UHGV virus genome: UHGV-1361477
Direction: 5' to 3' (one strand)
DNA from: a virus
Length of the DNA stretch: 40,116 nt
This document shows positions 38,817-40,116 of the stretch, in pieces. Both the position numbers and the translations under genes were made by a program. Numbering within the stretch: position 1 is the first letter of the stretch; each line of letters begins with the position of its first letter. The notes beneath the pieces are model-generated. The model was not told the origin of the DNA. It saw only the letters and a list, made by a program, of their open reading frames with translations, and searched no databases.

Positions 38817-38988
38817 CGCCACCGTTAAGAATCCACCCTTCAACAGCTTCACGAAGGTATGATTTGGGGTGGGTTCTGACTGGCTTCGGAAATCCGTGTC
38901 GTTTGGTATAGTTCCAGATTGTCTGACGTGATGAAACACCGAGCTTGTTCATCACTTCTTTCTCAGGAATCAGGCTGGTATCGGTCAT
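38797..38988 (-). CDS. AlpA/Xis-like HTH protein (putative excisionase)
   Basis: 63 aa; VMNKLGVSSRQTIWNYTKRHGFPKPV typical of AlpA/excisionase HTH; converges on int. Confidence 0.6.
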   Translation of the reverse strand: MTDTSLIPEKEVMNKLGVSSRQTIWNYTKRHGFPKPVRTHPKSYLREAVEGWILNGGVNQKCS

Positions 38989-39001
38989 CTTAATTCTCCA
39001 G

Positions 39002-39028
39002 GCAAAAAGAAACCGCCATATAGCGGCT
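39002..39028 (-). terminator. weak candidate terminator on minus strand
   Basis: CCGC-tatatg-GCGG hairpin followed by TTTCTTTTT on minus strand. Confidence 0.3.
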
Positions 39029-39065
39029 CTATCAGATATGTACAGGCCTCATCGAGTGTGAGGCG

Positions 39066-39410
39066 TTAGTCCTTGCGTAGCTCGCTGATTCTTCTGTAAG
39101 TCTCTGGTGCTTTGTTTCCGTGTATCTTCATTTCAGACTTCAACAGAGCAACGAGGGAATCCCATTCGTTGAGGATGCCTTTGAATGCCGGAACGCGCTT
39201 TGCAACCTTGTCGAATGAATCTCTGATTTCTGGAATCTGCTCAACAAGCGCAACGCATCGTTGGAAATCGGCTGCGTCATGTGGAGCGCCGAAGTGATGA
39301 CCATAGATATTCTTTTTCAGTCCACATGCGATTGAGGCAAGAGTTGCGCTACTGATGCCGACATCGCCAGTTGATTGCCATTTCAAAACCTTCATAGCCA
39401 AATCTGACAT
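39066..39410 (-). CDS. hypothetical protein (114 aa)
   Basis: ATG 39410 with GGAG SD just downstream of terminator 39425-39450. Confidence 0.5.
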   Translation of the reverse strand: MSDLAMKVLKWQSTGDVGISSATLASIACGLKKNIYGHHFGAPHDAADFQRCVALVEQIPEIRDSFDKVAKRVPAFKGILNEWDSLVALLKSEMKIHGNKAPETYRRISELRKD

Positions 39411-39420
39411 TTCTTGTCTC

Positions 39421-39444
39421 CAATAAAAAACCGCCATCAGGCGG
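39421..39444 (-). terminator. intrinsic terminator on minus strand
   Basis: CCGCCTGATGGCGG hairpin followed by TTTTTTATTG on minus strand. Confidence 0.6.
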
Positions 39445-39604
39445 ATTGGTGTTCTTTCAGTTCTTCAATTCGAATATTGGTTACTTCTGCATGTGCTATC
39501 TGCGCCCATATCATCCAGTGGTTATAGCAGTCGTTGATGTCCTCTGCTTCGATAACTCTGTTGAATGGTTCTCCATTCCATTCACCTGTAACTCGGAAGT
39601 GCAT
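39437..39604 (-). CDS. hypothetical small protein (55 aa)
   Basis: Hand-found ORF MHFRVTGEWNGEPF...; GGAG SD; stop lies inside the terminator stem. Confidence 0.4.
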   Translation of the reverse strand: MHFRVTGEWNGEPFNRVIEAEDINDCYNHWMIWAQIAHAEVTNIRIEELKEHQSA

Positions 39605-39676
39605 TTATCATCTCCATAAAACAAAACCCGCCGTAGCGAGTTCAGATAAAAGAAATCCCCGCGAGTGCGAGGATTG

Positions 39677-39961
39677 TTATTCAGTGACGATATTTACCTT
39701 TATCGCGTATACCTTAACCGGATTCTCTCCAAAGTGCGGATGTGTAATTGTCTTTATTTCATACCCTTCATACGGGACGTCAATTCTGCGGCTGGAATCG
39801 TCGCGCTTCGGATATCCCTTCGTGATAATCAGGCGGTCATACTCCCGGAACATAATTCGCTTATTCCAATAGTCATTACACAGGCGATACTCTTCCGTTT
39901 TCTCCCCGCGAATCATGGCATCGAAGTATTCACCTTTGACGGCAAGTTGTAGGTTAGCCAT
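39677..39961 (-). CDS. ASCH/DUF3850-like small protein
   Basis: 94 aa from ATG 39961; LAVKGEYFDAMIRGEKTEEYR pattern resembles ASCH-type beta-barrel proteins. Confidence 0.4.
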   Translation of the reverse strand: MANLQLAVKGEYFDAMIRGEKTEEYRLCNDYWNKRIMFREYDRLIITKGYPKRDDSSRRIDVPYEGYEIKTITHPHFGENPVKVYAIKVNIVTE

Positions 39962-40116
39962 TACCGCACCTCCAGCCTCCATACCGCCTGACCAATCCGG
40001 CTGGCATAGGTATCTTTAGATACTGTTCCGTCTTTAGCAATCTCCATAAGAATTTTGCGCAAATCTGCCGAACGCCATTCTTCATCAGGAAATTCCTTCT
40101 CCATTGCCAACCGCAA
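39961..40116 (-). CDS. hypothetical protein, C-terminal part (start lies beyond window end; in frame with 1-105)
   Basis: Open minus-strand frame from window end to TAA at 39961-39963, overlapping next ATG. Confidence 0.45.
   Translation of the reverse strand: MRLAMEKEFPDEEWRSADLRKILMEIAKDGTVSKDTYASRIGQAVWRLEVR

Noticed and set aside
1-40116. CRISPR array
   Set aside because: No series of regularly spaced identical repeats; the only direct repeats are pairs (ori iterons, Q-S leader repeats) or coding tandem repeats in the needle gene.

Overview
This window reads as a complete or near-complete genome of a mosaic temperate lambdoid phage of Enterobacteriaceae with P22/Sf6-like podovirus morphogenesis genes. 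All protein identifications are from reading the six-frame translations and recalling families; no database search was run. Gene order: a leftward early operon (minus strand, from pL at about 8.0 kb down to the window start and continuing from the window end) with a phage-21/P22-type N, a CIII-like peptide, RecT, a Gp157-family protein and many small translationally coupled unknowns; an immunity region with a P22 C2-type repressor, Cro, CII, operators and nutL/nutR; replication genes (O-like initiator with internal iterons, DnaB-type helicase); a nin-type region (NinB, NinE, NinX-like, NinF, Rha-type antirepressor, YbcO-like, an inserted HNH endonuclease, RusA, NinH); antiterminator Q; a lambda-type lysis cassette (S, R, Rz/Rz1); then small and large terminase, portal, scaffold, coat, head-completion and ejection proteins, tail needle and a tailspike with a P22-like N-terminal domain; finally an IS1 terminal fragment, a putative attP region and a tyrosine integrase. 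The two window ends fall inside one minus-strand ORF that is in frame across the junction, which suggests a circular or tandemly repeated sequence. The most unusual loci are the accessory cluster at the P22 sieA/immI position (33.4-34.9 kb: lipoprotein, HEXXH protein, YjzC-like protein, Mnt repressor with its operator directly upstream of the tailspike, no arc/ant), a nin-region module of two paralogs interleaved with three small membrane proteins (12.0-13.4 kb), and an acidic AT-rich gene bracketed by terminators next to N (6.6-7.5 kb). ORF-track starts often use alternative start codons; several starts were re-set to the first start codon with a Shine-Dalgarno motif.
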